Shown piece by piece: positions 26,645-39,603 of a stretch of 54,937 nucleotides of DNA. The notes beneath the pieces were generated by a model, which ran no database searches, was not told the origin of the DNA, and was given only the letters and a program-made list of their open reading frames with translations. The position numbers and the translations under genes are program-made. Position 1 is the stretch's first letter. Each line of letters opens with the position of its first letter. Source of the stretch: Catajapyx aquilonaris (Eukaryota); contig KZ538667.1 of the NCBI GenBank assembly GCA_000934665.2, positions 1 through 54,937 of the forward strand, written 5' to 3'.

Positions 26645-29598
26645 CAGAAGGAAAGTAAGGCCATGTGTTACATTATGTTGGTACCACGTACCCCTATACC
26701 CCTCCCAAATTCTGTCAGCCGATATAAAGGCCTTTCGTTCCAATTATAGTTCTGTTAAAATGTTGCTTTTCAAACAAAATCCAGCTGCATCTCAAGATCT
26801 CATTCTGCAACTCAAGATAAATTTGTCCTTCATAAAAAACAGTAGTTTCTTTGAAAGTTTTACAATTCAAATGCCGCAATTCACAGTTGCAGCATCCATA
26901 CTTATACGAAATTTAATATGTATGTTTTTGGCGTCTAAACTGACATGCTGAAACTGACAAATTAAATTTAGCAACGACATAATACCAGGAATTTAGAAAA
27001 TGAACGTTCTTCTGCACAGCATTGCCGCATTACGATAGTGGTTTGTTAATATGAGTACACCGATTCTCTTCAACAACACTACTTCAAAGTTCTGTGCCTT
27101 TTTTTGACATTTGCTTACGATTACAATGTTCCTTCAGTCAATTAAATTTTCAGAAACACTCCAAAAATGTGATATATTTTGGGAATACTTTGTCAGTTTG
27201 ATGAGGAATATGTGCGAGGGCAAAATTAATTCAGTGAGAAAACTATTTATAAAAGTAAAATCCTTCAGTAAATTTGTCACGACTGCATTAAAACACAACA
27301 AATGAAATAAATAAAACCCGATAAAACTTATTCATAGTGTCATCGCTTTGTTCCTACCCGTTTGGCGACAATATTATTTGCAATGGACAAAGTTTTGGCT
27401 AGCAAATTTTTAATCAGTGAAAACTGTCCACTGCGGGACCGCGTAATATTCAGTTTTGCACTCGGTTTTACACATGTTCCATTCCACTATCACTTATGGA
27501 AAGGTCGGAAGAGGTGCCACTGCAAAATATCCGAAAACGTGATTATCATTTGGCCAGAACATTCATGCCCAGCCGGAAAATGTCACGCCGCGCGCCACCG
27601 AGCCTCTGGCTAAGAAACGAGAAGTATCCGTTGAAGCGAAGGACATCTTGGGAGACTATAGTATAGACCTATCTATTTAAAAAGGCACTGAGCACCTTAC
27701 TGATTAATCATTAACGAATTAAGCTGTGTTTTTTCATATCAGCCTGGTAGCTGGGCTGTCCGTCTGGATGCCTATAGCAGTGACAAAGTCTTCCTCTATT
27801 TCCTGAAATCCATGGGTCCTCCTGGTATCCCACGTCCTTCGACGTCATCATTACAATCCTCGCTAACCCGGACAACCAACCACTTCTGTTGGTTGCCAAC
27901 CTGGCCCATGGAATTCCTGGCCGATTTCCGGCCACCTAAAATGGTTTCTGGTCACTCCTGCAAAATCTCTGTGTGAACGGGATATAGGCCACTTTGTGTC
28001 ACGAAACTTTCTGGCTAAAGGCAGCCCGTGTGAATGCATCTAATGACGTAAAGTACGTTGAGATGACAAAACATAATGATGTTATATTCACATTTCACTT
28101 CTGAGTTAATTTTATACATGCCACCTATTGCCACATAACATCAGAATCATGTTTTGAAAGGGAGTCAACAATTTTGTTTCAGTGAAGTTCTTCACCCACA
28201 ATTTGTCAAGTATTCTGCTGAAAAGCAACAGTTCATGGAGGTAAATGTGTAATGAGTGAGACTCTTATAATCAAATTATATAAGGGCAATGTCTTATGTC
28301 TGGAATTCTACACTAGAACTAGCATTTTGGCATTGCAGATCTTAGAACCATATAACGCATCATAACAAAAGAATTGGCATTCAGTTGGCATTATCAAAAT
28401 TCGTAGATTTTCAGTACACAAATATAATATGATATAGCAATCAAATTGCCTACAATATTGTCCTTAGCTTATAAGACCTTCGTATTTTTATTCTGGCAAA
28501 TTGATAACTGAATTGTTTCTAGGTTTCACGTATGTGCATTTTAATAAGTATTAAGACAATAAAAGACATTTAATACGATCGTAGTAGCAATTTGATATTA
28601 ATTTTTCCTATGGTCATATAAATTGAAAGCATAAGGAAGTAATTTGAAATATACTTTTAGCAACGAAGACTGACAGCAACTGCCAAGTGCGTCTGATAAT
28701 TATTTTCTGCGATCCTAGGACTGGATTAATTATTTAAAAAGTTGTGTGCAGGATACGCGTGTCATATCCTAGGCTATTTCGCGGAAACGGAAGTTTTTTC
28801 GTAATTTTGAACGCACATTCTCTGTAAAATCTCCAATAAAATCGCCCAACAAATATTCCAACAAATGTACCAATTGTCTATGGGAACTTTTTAAATTAAA
28901 TCAAATATCCTAAGAAAACAGAAAAAACTTCGTATGGTACCTATATCAGTGTGAAAAATTCAAGTGAATCCCACTGTTATTCACCAATTTTGTTCCATTT
29001 TTAACAGTATAATACAACACAGTGACACAAACTTTGACTTACGTATAGAGCTAAGGGCATAAATCCTATGAAAAAGTATTCCAACCTTACTGTAAACGTT
29101 GTTTTAAACTTTCTACTGAAATAAAAAAATGCGAATCCGGCTCCTGGAAAAATGAACGATGGCGACGACAACACCAAATGTTCCTGTTTTTGTTTACATA
29201 AAATGCAAGCCTTTAAGTATCAGTCAGAATGACGTTGGTCAAAATTGAGTCAGTTTTTGTTTTCTACAGAATGACAGTGATGATCAGGATATTTTTCTGA
29301 GAAAAAAAAAAGCGTAGCCCAGTGGAGAAATTTATTAATCTTCTTGTTTCAGAATAATTTTGAATGACATTTCTCGAAACATTTCAGTATACATAATCTC
29401 ATTCTACCCATTTCATATGAAGATCTGAAATCAAATATTGGCAGAAAATGTCACACATATTCAGTAATTAAAAGTGCTTTATTAAATATCTTCACTGCAG
29501 CAGGAGACTTGCCGAGCCCATGACTTCGTCTTCGTGTTCTGGGAAAGAAAAAGATGTTGATTAAAGTAGACAAATATGTAATATATAAATGAAATACG

Positions 29599-29881
29599 AC
29601 CGAAGCAGGTTGGCATAGTGGATAAGGCGTCCGACTGCTAATCGGGAGGTCCTGGGTTCGAATCCCGGGGCCGGCAACTCTGACCGTAGTTTTCTGTGGT
29701 TTCCCATGGTCCTTCCAGGAAAATTCCGGAGTTGCTTCCGTAATTAATAGGCCACAGCCGCTTCCTTCGGTCCCTATCCTATCCCAATGAGCACAGTAAA
29801 ATGAAAGCAGAGTTCCAGGCAAAACAAAACTTCCCCCCTAATGAGCCGATAGGCTGTAACGGGGTATGAATTATTATTATT
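29599..29881 (+). mobile_element. tRNA-derived SINE (family A), full length
   Basis: Pol III A-box TGGCATAGTGG and B-box GGTTCGAATCC. Central GTGGTTTCCC..GGCCACAGCCGCTTCCTTC domain and an (ATT)n tail. 11-bp TSD AATGAAATACG (29588-29598, 29882-29892). Homologous to 52090-52283. Confidence 0.92.
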
Positions 29882-30086
29882 AATGAAATACGTTTATATG
29901 ATAATTCTATCATAATAAGTGTTGTACCGCATTATGTAAAGTTTTATGAAGCTTTCAATTTTTTAAATAATGTACACCAATTTTAGTTGGCATTACTGTA
30001 TACATAGAAAATTAATACATCTGTCGTGTCAGGATATACTTGATTGCTCAATTCCTTGGATTATTGAACAAATCCCAGGGTTGAGT

Positions 30087-30185
30087 TCGGGTTAGTCACT
30101 TTAATACTGTAGGACTTGGTAGACTGACTTCACGAACTTCGACTGGACTTCAGTCTCGGATGCGAATGACAAGTGACTAACCCGA
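30087..30185. repeat. 99-bp element bounded by a perfect 15-bp inverted repeat (probable tiny MITE)
   Basis: TCGGGTTAGTCACTT (30087-30101) / AAGTGACTAACCCGA (30171-30185). The interior is rich in GACTT pentamers. Confidence 0.6.
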
Positions 30186-30928
30186 CCAGAGGACTTAGGC
30201 TTAGGGTCTGGCACTCATCGTTTTCTCGTATCCATCGGTTTTTTAAAAACATCTCATTATAATATGAATAGAGGTTTCACTGTACAACAATATCTAACGT
30301 CTAACCTAAGTCGAGTACAGTGATTAATGATTAATGACAACTTTTTTTTTAAATTAGTTGGCCGTGCCCAAATGAGCGTGAAAGCGTGTAAGTTCATAGT
30401 CCCACCATTATATGCGATCGTTCGAGGCGGTCGTATAGGGTTGCAAATGGTTTGATTTCTGTCACAAAGTGAACTACGAGGATGGTCCAATATACATTGC
30501 TGTGGTGAAGTGAATAAATCGTATAGAATAAATTCATCTGCCAATATGATATTACGTCCGTGGTAAGGGATGCGTATACGGAAGAGAACCCTCTACTTTA
30601 CATACATTATTGCATTCCTGGTTGCTGGGCCAGGCTGGTTGAGCAACGGTCTGGAGTGCAAAGCGTCGGGGCCCGGCAACCAGCAATGCAAGCCTGTAGG
30701 ATGGTGTCAAGACTTGTCAGGAATCATCGCCGACGGTCAAAGCTACCATCTCCAAAATGGATCGTCGCCACCCTTTCGGACCCATACCATCTCGCATGAC
30801 ATGCATGCTGCCTCTTCCATATGCGCCCCTTAATAATCTGTGCCTGTATCATTTTGACAGCTGATTTCATGTACACCGTGTAATATACAGTATAAGTTTT
30901 TCGTATCATCCATTGTGTAGTACTTTTG

Positions 30929-31039
30929 GGTGGAATTTTCGTCTCACTGATAGTTACTGCTAACGTAGCAGTACCACTGGCAACACTGCTGGTACTTCTG
31001 AGTTAGCAGTAACTATATAAGTGGGACGAAAATTCCACC
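30929..31039. mobile_element. ~110-bp hairpin MITE, copy 2
   Basis: GGTGGAATTTTCGTCTCACT / AGTGGGACGAAAATTCCACC ends, plus an inner TAGTTACTGCTAAC / GTTAGCAGTAACTA stem. Homologous to 14113-14216. Confidence 0.85.
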
Positions 31040-34000
31040 ACATATATTTTTACAAAAGAAATTTTCCAGCTAGCTATGCACTGTTTCTTCGATTACCTAA
31101 ATTATCACCTTTAATAATAAGACATTATTTGTCCAAAAGCTTCACGAACTTTTCGGAAATCATGGATTTTTAAAGAATATTTTTTTTCCATTGTTGGTTT
31201 TCAATTCTTTGGTACGAAACCGGCAAGAAGGCCCACTTACTGTATTATTAAAGGGTCAGCAGCATGCAGTTTGTCCGCGATCCGCGACGCAATGGCTTTG
31301 TGATCAATTTAATTGTAAGTTTGATTAATTTTATACAACTATTGTTTAAATTTAAACAAATGCGTCATATTCATAAGTTAAATAGTAAGTTTCTAAAATT
31401 ATTTTTGTTGTAAATATTTCAGGTTAGAGTGAACTAGATATTGTTGACTTCGTAGCAATTAATTACATCATTAATCCTATAGTAAAAATAATGGTTGCAT
31501 GATGCATGTCAGCGTATGATACATATAATCGAATAATGCCAGAGCGACTTTTTGAATTCTGAAAGAGTGCATCCTGTACTGTCTTCCTCCCTCTATATAC
31601 CTATTAATCATTTTCCCCCAATCCTCAGCTGTCAAAGCTCAATACCCAAGAACCACATTAGCCAGCCATTCAACTTAATTCAACCCAACCCTAACAAACA
31701 ATCGTGGCCCATGGAAAACACCGTCTCGTCGGTCGTAAAATGGACTGCCGCACTTTCCTTGAGGGAACCCATGGGGCTACCAGAATGACGGAGTAACTTC
31801 AATAATATATCGATGCTAACTTCTGGGTTCATATAAGATTTGCTGACTCCTGTTTATGTTGATGAGATAATAATTCACCGGGCCGAATTTTCAATGTAGA
31901 GGAGGTCACCACAACAATGCCAACGGAGCTATAACATCATTGCACACTTTTACAAAATATCAACTTGCACAGGGTGTGGAAATTTAAAGTACCGTCGCTT
32001 AGGGGGATTGTAGAATGGTTCTAGGCGATCATTGGCGAGCATAGTTACCAAGAAAATTAGCATGACATAAAACGTGCCTTATACCAGCTTATATGCTTCA
32101 TATAGCCCTACAGCCTACTACACTTTCATCGCCTATTAGGGCCTAGGCCATTGCCTGCTCCACCTAATGGGATCCTAGATTAAATTTAAATTGCATGATA
32201 AACACCTCAAATTGACGTGTTTGACGCCCATTATCTCGTTAACTGCGCTCCGGACCAGGTATAGCCGAAATGAAATGGAGATGTCAAGTTAAAGTTATGT
32301 TTGCCACGTGCTATGTAATGCAGTCTCCCAGAAAACGCAGAGTTAGTCGTAGCCAGTACTGTATTCCATAATATTGCTCATTATAATAGATATTCGCTAC
32401 CTGATCACCTAAAATATTCGCACTGTTTTTAAAATTCTTAGTGAATCCCTATAACGCCAAAGCTCACGTCAAAGAAATCAATAAGTTTTTAAAGCAATTA
32501 CCGAGCGACAATGAATTAACAGTTTTATACTGCATAAAAAGTAGTAGAAATAAAACAACGAAGGTGACTATAAAATAAATCAAATTACCGCATGTCGACT
32601 TGCAAATTAACAGCAAAAAACTTCAACTTCATTGACGCAGGACCATCACGACGTCGCGTCGCTTTGATGGGCTTTCGGACCCAACACCAAGCATTTTCCA
32701 GGTGCACCCCCATACCACCCATATCATTTTGGCAGACGAATTCGCAAACACCCTATAACAGTAGTTCACCGCTATGACAATTATTTCAAAGCCATTACGG
32801 AGATAAATGAGGAGGTAATTGACGGTGGGGTCACCTGATGCAGAGGATGGTACTTATGCATCGGCATGACAATGCGTGACATTGACATGCCATACACAGC
32901 AAATGCAATTTCTCCTTACTTTCTCCTTACTACATTTAAAGTAACTTGGGTTGGAGAGGAAGTGATGCATTGCTTTTTAATCACCCTGTAGAGAGCTTTT
33001 TCTTTTTACGCCGATCGTAATGCCGTAATGAAATGAAGGGTTACTGTCACTCGCCATAAAATAAAACATAGGTGATGACAGTAGTGCAAATCTCATCTCC
33101 AGAAATATAGTGATGTCTGAGTGATGTTGCTGCGGCTAATTATTTCCATCGTAGACTACAGCAATAGCCGGAATGGGGGAATTTGTAGGCCCGAATTTGA
33201 ATTTGTGCAATGTATATAGGTGCTACGAGTCCAACCATTTCCTATACACCTATACGCTGCATATGATAGTAATTTTATACTAATGTCGAGCAATGCCGTA
33301 TGAATGCGCAGGATACATTGCATAAGACGCGTACGCGGAAATAATTACCGCAAGAAAAGAAAGGAAGAAAAAAAATTGCTTTTCCTGCAGTAGTACATTA
33401 CGTGAGCCATTGTGTAAATATTCCATGATCCTGCTAATGATTTCTCATATTCATGCCATTTGTTGTACATGCAAGAATGACGACGAAACACTCACCACTC
33501 ACTAAGAACTTGATAACTTACTTCACATATTATATAGGAATTGAAAAACTGATACCTTAATTTAAAGATATTTGAATACTCTCCGCATATGTTGTAAAAT
33601 TTTCGTTCAATAACATAATATATTTTGTGTAGGGGTAAACGATACATTTATGGGCCACTTAAGATTTTCCAAGTTCACATCATCACATGAACCACAGTAA
33701 TTACATCTGCAGTTAGATTTTTTTAAAAAAATCTGCAGAATGTTCTCTTTCAAGGAGCAACTGTAATTTTGAAATTCTCCTTTACTCTCATTTTTGGCAA
33801 TGAAAAATTCCAAAAAAAGGCACAAAAGTAGAGTAATGGGCCACTTTTCACAGTTATTGGCCGCCTTTGGGATAATGGTAGGCCACCTAACTGAAGGGAC
33901 CGGATTGTTGTATGTCTCACTTTTGTAGTGCAGGGTGTTGCCCCAGTACTGTTTCCTATACTGTCTCAGCAGATTTTCAAAAGCGACATGAAAGGAAATT

Positions 34001-37000
34001 CCGGTGTCATTATGACGCAACTATAACATTACTGCCCTTTTATCATTGATGGAATTAACTTCTGACATTGAGTTTTTCAAGTACAATTTTAATGAAAAGA
34101 AAATTGATCCTAAATGGGATAATAGGCTGAAAATATTTTTACATACGCATTGTTTCTGCCTTCCTCCGGATCTAACGAGTTGCGATTTCTTTATGCTAAA
34201 ATCAGTGGCGATCGCATCCCGCTCCACAACGGAAATTGTAAAATTGCTGCCAAATAACCGATTCACACTTGCCACACCATTGGTTTACTTACAAGGAAAT
34301 AATAACACGGTAGGGATATACGCTATGAGACTTTTCTGTCCGCATATTTAATATTTTACGAGAATATTTACGAGAATATTTGACACGAGAAAATTAGAAA
34401 GCAAAATTTGTCAACATTGGTAAAGCAGCGAAGGTAAGAATAGTCGAGAACAGTAAACAGCAGTCTATCCGGCTATACTCACAAGATCCAATAATGACTT
34501 TGGGTCGAGCTAATTGTGGCGGCTGTTGGGAAGAGTTGGGAGCCATTTATCACTGGTAGTTGTCGCTCGGCTCGGCAGGGGCGAGTCGGGTAGAAACAAA
34601 TGCCGGCGGCCACGAACAAGGCAGAGGAGGAAACGAGAGATTTGTGGGTGTCTCTAGCGCCGAAAGGTAATCGGGGGGCCAGCGGTCAATCGGCGCTCTG
34701 GCCAAGAAACGACACCGCCAAAAGACCAGCAGGCGGCTTGCTTCGATGGATGGATGGGCTTTCTTTCCCAGAAAAAGAGCCCGAGAAGCCAAGCACCTGC
34801 AAATGGAGGCCGGAAGCCCGCCATTTCTTTGACCACCCAAATGTCCCCCCCTTTGGCTCATGCCGCCCTCCTAGAAAGGCCTTTGTCCATTCGTCTATAC
34901 ATGTAATTGAGGAAGAACTAGCACATGAATTGCTGGCCAACCGCTATCCAGCCCAATTGCACATTACGGATTGTCCATTTGGAGAGAGGCTTTTTACTGC
35001 TAAAAATATGATTGTCTACCTGCCAATAAAATTATGACTCTGAAATTAGCATATAATAATCGCACAGTTCGAGAAAGAGCTGCTAGATGTCTGATGCGGT
35101 TGGTATGCAATTTTTTTTTAACTGAAGAGAGAGTAGCAAAGTAAATTTCACATGTTCCTTTTATGCGCATGCCGTGAGTGCGCATGTCGGCGGAAAGAAG
35201 CCTGCATGAGAGGGAATCCTTATCAAACATGCACTTTGGGGACTGGGCGTTGGTTGCGGGCCAAGAAATCACGCCGCCGATTCTTATCCTTACCGGATGT
35301 GGCGCCGTCAATAAAACTAGCGTTGGTAACGTAACCCGTGGAAGCCACCAATTTTTCTCAAATTACACGAAGCAATTTTCTTTCCCTCTTAAACTTTGCA
35401 TGGATTTCAGGAGGAAAAAAAAAACATATCGTTATTCCAACGGGAGATTCAAATTCAACGCATGTGTAGCAAACAAATTGTGGATTTCAGGCGTCACAAT
35501 TGATAGTTGGAGGAGGTGGCTTTGGGTGGTACCCTTCCTTTTCCATCATCTGCCGCCCTTTCAGAGCTGGGCATCCAAGTCGAAAATGTACTCCTCCTCT
35601 CCCTTCCTTCGCCTCCACCCCGCGAGACATTTTCGCCGCCCATCATTGTGCATTGGGAGGATGCGAATCATTTCGCACTGCCATTTTCCCACATTGATGT
35701 GACACCTATAACACAACGGGGAGGATCTTATTTCCACTTTAGAGAACAAATGCCATCAGTCATGTGGTCAATTTTTTGGGGTGTTAACGTCAAGAGTGTG
35801 TAAATAATTTTGCACTGCATAATCTGAAGAGGTTGACCTTCGCATATGTTAAAAATTCTAATGTGCAAATTTCTTAATGCTATTTTGTTTTAAGATCTTT
35901 GGCAAAAGTAGGTCTAAACACCGTATTTACAAATAATGTGTAAATACGGTTAATATTGTGCATTATTAAATGTTTATTATTTTGCACACTTTCTAGATAT
36001 AGAGTAACTCATATGGAAGTACGCCATGCTTTATTTCTTTTCAATTGATTTGTATTTTACAATATTTGTACAAAAATAATAATCACCCATTTCATTTGAA
36101 ATTTATTTGAATGCAACTGACATCAAGTAAAGTAGAACTAAAAATGCAGAATGTTTAATTTTCTGACAATAAATGCTAATAATTAGCTATACATTTTTTG
36201 CAGTATGGACAGTATGAAAAGCTGCTGAGGCTGCAGACAATATTACTATTTGAAGACAATAATAACTTTTTGGTCTCCTCATGGATACAGCTGGAGCTGC
36301 AAAATTGGCGCATATTGGCCATCCCCGTCTCCCTGTTCTCATTGCTTTCTCTCTTGGTCCCCCTTCTAGCCGGCTTGGTAAAAAGGAGCCGACATCTGCT
36401 TGCTCCCTTCTTCAGAGTAGTTCCCCTCGGAAGGAAAAGGAAGGAAGAAGGTGTCCACGTGGAAAGACCCGTTTTCAAATCGGCGCCTTCAAAGTGGACC
36501 AACTCTTGAAGACGTCAAAGGAACCCCCTGCAATTGTTTAGTCAGGAAAAGCGGGAGAGGGCTAAGCTTTCATGTTTTTATGAAGAATTTTTTATGCGCA
36601 ATATATTCAGAGTAAAATCAGACACACCTACTTTGCTGTATATATTCACTGAATTTCTGTAACTGAGATGATTTCACCACATAGCCTACATAGTATAATG
36701 CCTTCGTCAATTTACTATTATGCAAGTCGATGTAAGTACAGCTCTCGGCGACAGCCTCCTGCACAAAATTACAGCGCAATTTATAAATTGCACATTGAAG
36801 CAATTAGGGTTGGGCGGGTTGGGTTTCGGGTTGGGTGGAAAAGAAGAGGTCGCTGGGTGGGACGCATACCGGCCAGGATATTTTACACTTTTATTTGAAG
36901 GAATGCAATGGTGCTGCTGACACGAAAAATGTATTTTAAAATATAGTGAGCCGCTGACAGGAGATGAAAGAGTCATTGTAAATTTCCATGTCTACAGCAT

Positions 37001-37245
37001 AATGCAAGTTACAGTATCGTAAAAGTCTAAATATAGAGTGGGGCCTCGCACTGGGCCAAGTAATCAATTGGAGGCAATATTATTATAATAATAATAACAT
37101 GTATGATGTCCAAAATGCTGTCATTGTATGTTTTATGTTTATGATGTACTGTATTTAAGTTGTCCTTGTCCATGTGCTGGATAACGTAGAATATAATGTT
37201 GTTATATCATCTGATCTACATATTTTAATGATTGAGACCGCCTAT

Positions 37246-37273
37246 ATAATATGTCGTGATGTTGTTGTTGTTG
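37246..37273 (+). mobile_element. 28-bp putative truncated retro-insertion with a (TTG)n tail and 14-bp TSD
   Basis: TTGAGACCGCCTAT is repeated directly at 37232-37245 and 37274-37287, around ATAATATGTCGTGATGTTGTTGTTGTTG. Confidence 0.6.
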
Positions 37274-38582
37274 TTGAGACCGCCTATTACCAATTTTTCA
37301 GTACTACCACCAGTGTTATATTTTGTCGGTGATGACGATATGTCCTGTCGCTGAACCTGGGAGGTGTTTGTGATTCCAACCTATTGAGACAAGCATGAGA
37401 AGGTTGGGTAGCCAGATGGCAGAAACACCCTTGTCCCATCTCTTTCCCTCCCCCCTGCCTCTCCACAGCCCGCCTTTTCCGCCCACTTTATATACGGCTT
37501 TCTAACATCCCTATACAGAACCCATGTCTGGTGACACTGTAATAGGTGGTTGACTCCGAGACTCACAATGAGATTCTGGGCCTTTATAGAAATGGGCACG
37601 TGTTTTGCTTGTTTGGATAAGTGTTGCTTGCTGCCTGAGCTGTTTGTTGTCGTCCTTTTCTGAATGTCACTTTGGCATTATGATTCAAAATGAGGCGTTT
37701 CTTCAATCAATATTTTGCATGATAATGTAGAAGTAGTACTATCTCGTGTAAAGTGTTTGAAATGAAATTCATACGAAGGCAGGAGATTGGGCCACCTTGT
37801 CAGCATCTGGTAGTAAAAAAGCAGGCTACACTACGGTATTGCCCCAAACTAAGAGATAATTGGGGTCATAAATGATCCGTCAACCACAATATACGTACGT
37901 GTAGATTATTGTGTGATGCATTTGATTTTCTGTGTCATTGTGATTCCTGCTGAAACACACTGGCTCTTTCGCTTAAACTGAGATATCGCTTGCTTAGGTC
38001 AGCATGCTGGAGACGTCAGACTCTTGATAAAGATTTTACCACAGTAGGTTATATTGCAATATTATTAAGTTCAATATAACTGTTAAAGAAGACAAGAGCG
38101 GCAAAGAGTGTTGTGAACGTGGGTGTGTATAGGCATATGTGAACATAATTTTTAGTTAATTCATTTTTAAATGATTTTCTAGGGGAAATAACGGAGGAAA
38201 GTCAAGCTTTCGCCAACAAAACATCTTCATCGGATTGTAAAGGAAAGTCGTGATATTACAAACACCACAACTTATGTATAATAAAGCAGGATATTCGCAC
38301 TGGAATTGAAAGACATTGGTGCCGTGGTATTGTGTTGACGTTACTATGGAGAAACAATGAATCAACAACAGCCAATCACTGTTGATGTCACAGAAATTCC
38401 GTTATGCTCAAGGTTATGCTATAGCTATATATGTAGCTACGATATCCCCGTTGCTATGGTAACTTGGGTGCCATGGTAATCCAGTTGCCATGGTACCTCA
38501 CTGATATGATGCAGAGGCTGTATGGGAAGGATACGGTGGGGAGAGGGGGACAAACGTACTTTGCCTTATAGACGGTATATTA

Positions 38583-38970
38583 AAGAGGTGCTACCCAAAA
38601 ATTCGCGAATAAATTTTTCCCTTTCACCGCACCCTTATTTTCCTCCGTCACCTACGAAATTTAAATTTTAAAATTTAAAATTTAAAATTTTGGAGCATAG
38701 ACGCCGATCTCAGTGCTCTTTCCACGATTAGAATGCATTGTGGACGTCATTTTTTGTTAGGGCTCTCATCACTGCCTGCGATTATTTGTGGATCTGGTTT
38801 ACGGAGTCAAATCTTCTTCCTTTCCGCTTAATTTTCATTTTCGGGATGAGGAAGAAGTCGCAGGGGGCTAAACATGACGAAAAAGGTGGGTGAGGGACAA
38901 TCGTCATGTTGTGGGAAGCCAAAAACTGCTGCGCGGCAGAGGCTGTGTTAGCCGGCGCGTTGTCATATGA
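38583..38970 (-). pseudogene. mariner transposon 3' part: C-terminal transposase pseudogene plus right TIR
   Basis: The minus-strand translation reads YDNAPANTASAAQQFLASHNMTIVPHPPFSSCLAPCDFFLIPKMKIKRKGRRFDSVNQIHK*SQAV..AF*SWKEH*DR, which contains the HDNA and YSPDLAPCD motifs with stops. The end is TIR-like: TA-AAGAGGTGCTACCCAAAAATTCGCGAAT. Confidence 0.9.
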
Positions 38971-39009
38971 TGTTCTCGCGCAACTTCGCGAGGCGTTTCT
39001 TTCGAATGT

Positions 39010-39095
39010 CCTCCACAGTCGCCATTTTCGCCAGATTCGACATCTTCCTCTTCCAGAAAATGAAAATTAGACTGACAGGAAGAATATTTGAGAAT
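39010..39095 (+). pseudogene. Second mariner C-terminal fragment in the opposite orientation
   Basis: PPQSPFSPD followed, after a frameshift, by DIFLFQKMKIRLTGRIFE. This is the same motif as the minus-strand copy at 38800-38900. Confidence 0.7.
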
Positions 39096-39399
39096 AAGAT
39101 CACGAACTTTCTATATGGGGTTGTGCTCGTCAAAGGACGTTGTGCAGAGTTTCTCCTATTTTTCTGGCCAGTTCTTTAATATTGCAATAGTTTTTAGAAG
39201 CTGCCCCATTCCGCAACACATCAACAGCGGCAACCTCTTCATAGACAAATCCGTGAACATTTCTACGAAGTTCTTGTTTCATATCAATTGCGGAATGTAA
39301 GAAAACGGCCGAAGGAGCATTTCTTAGCAGTAGCAGCCGCGGAAACCTATAGGTGGAAACTCATGGAGTGTCAGAGTGATTGTTTGTCTTAGAAGTTGC

Positions 39400-39603
39400 C
39401 TGCTTGCAGAAGCAGTACACCCGAGCACATCTCGAGTCAATATTTGCAATTTTTTCGTTTTCAGATTCTTCCGCAACTTGTGGAGCCAATAGGCCTAGGT
39501 ATATACTCTGATTGTTCACCACTTTTGAAGAAAGTCCAGTGAGCAGCATAACCGCACCCTCTACATCCCAGAAGATTCTTCTCATCACCATCTTGCTTGC
39601 CAT
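39400..39603 (-). pseudogene. mariner transposase central-region remnant
   Basis: ASKMVMRRIFWDVEGAVML, then after a frameshift LDFLQKW*TI..WLHKLRKNLKTKK..LTRDVL. This matches the mariner pattern AGKVMATVFWD.EG..IDFL.KG.TI..LL.KLR. Confidence 0.75.

Noticed and set aside
27719..28043. Harbinger-like MITE ending GTGTGAATGCATC-TAA
   Set aside because: I could not identify the left TIR with confidence.
29605..29675. tRNA gene (also the heads at ~52205-52280 and ~52640-52712)
   Set aside because: A/B boxes are present, but each runs into a SINE body and tail flanked by TSDs, and I see no convincing acceptor stem.
31970..32988. Tc1/mariner element bounded by CAGGGTG / CACCCTG
   Set aside because: The inverted match does not extend beyond 7 bp; these are probably ends of two different relics.
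34163..34195. PPDLTSCDFF resembling the Tc1/mariner SPDL.P.DFF motif
   Set aside because: It is an isolated 10-aa match with no flanking homology or TIRs.
34550..36541. ORFs of 100-174 aa (34600, 35178, 36176, 36198); likewise those at 6216 and 43936
   Set aside because: They have no recognisable domains and overlap in several frames, as expected for GC-richer non-coding DNA.
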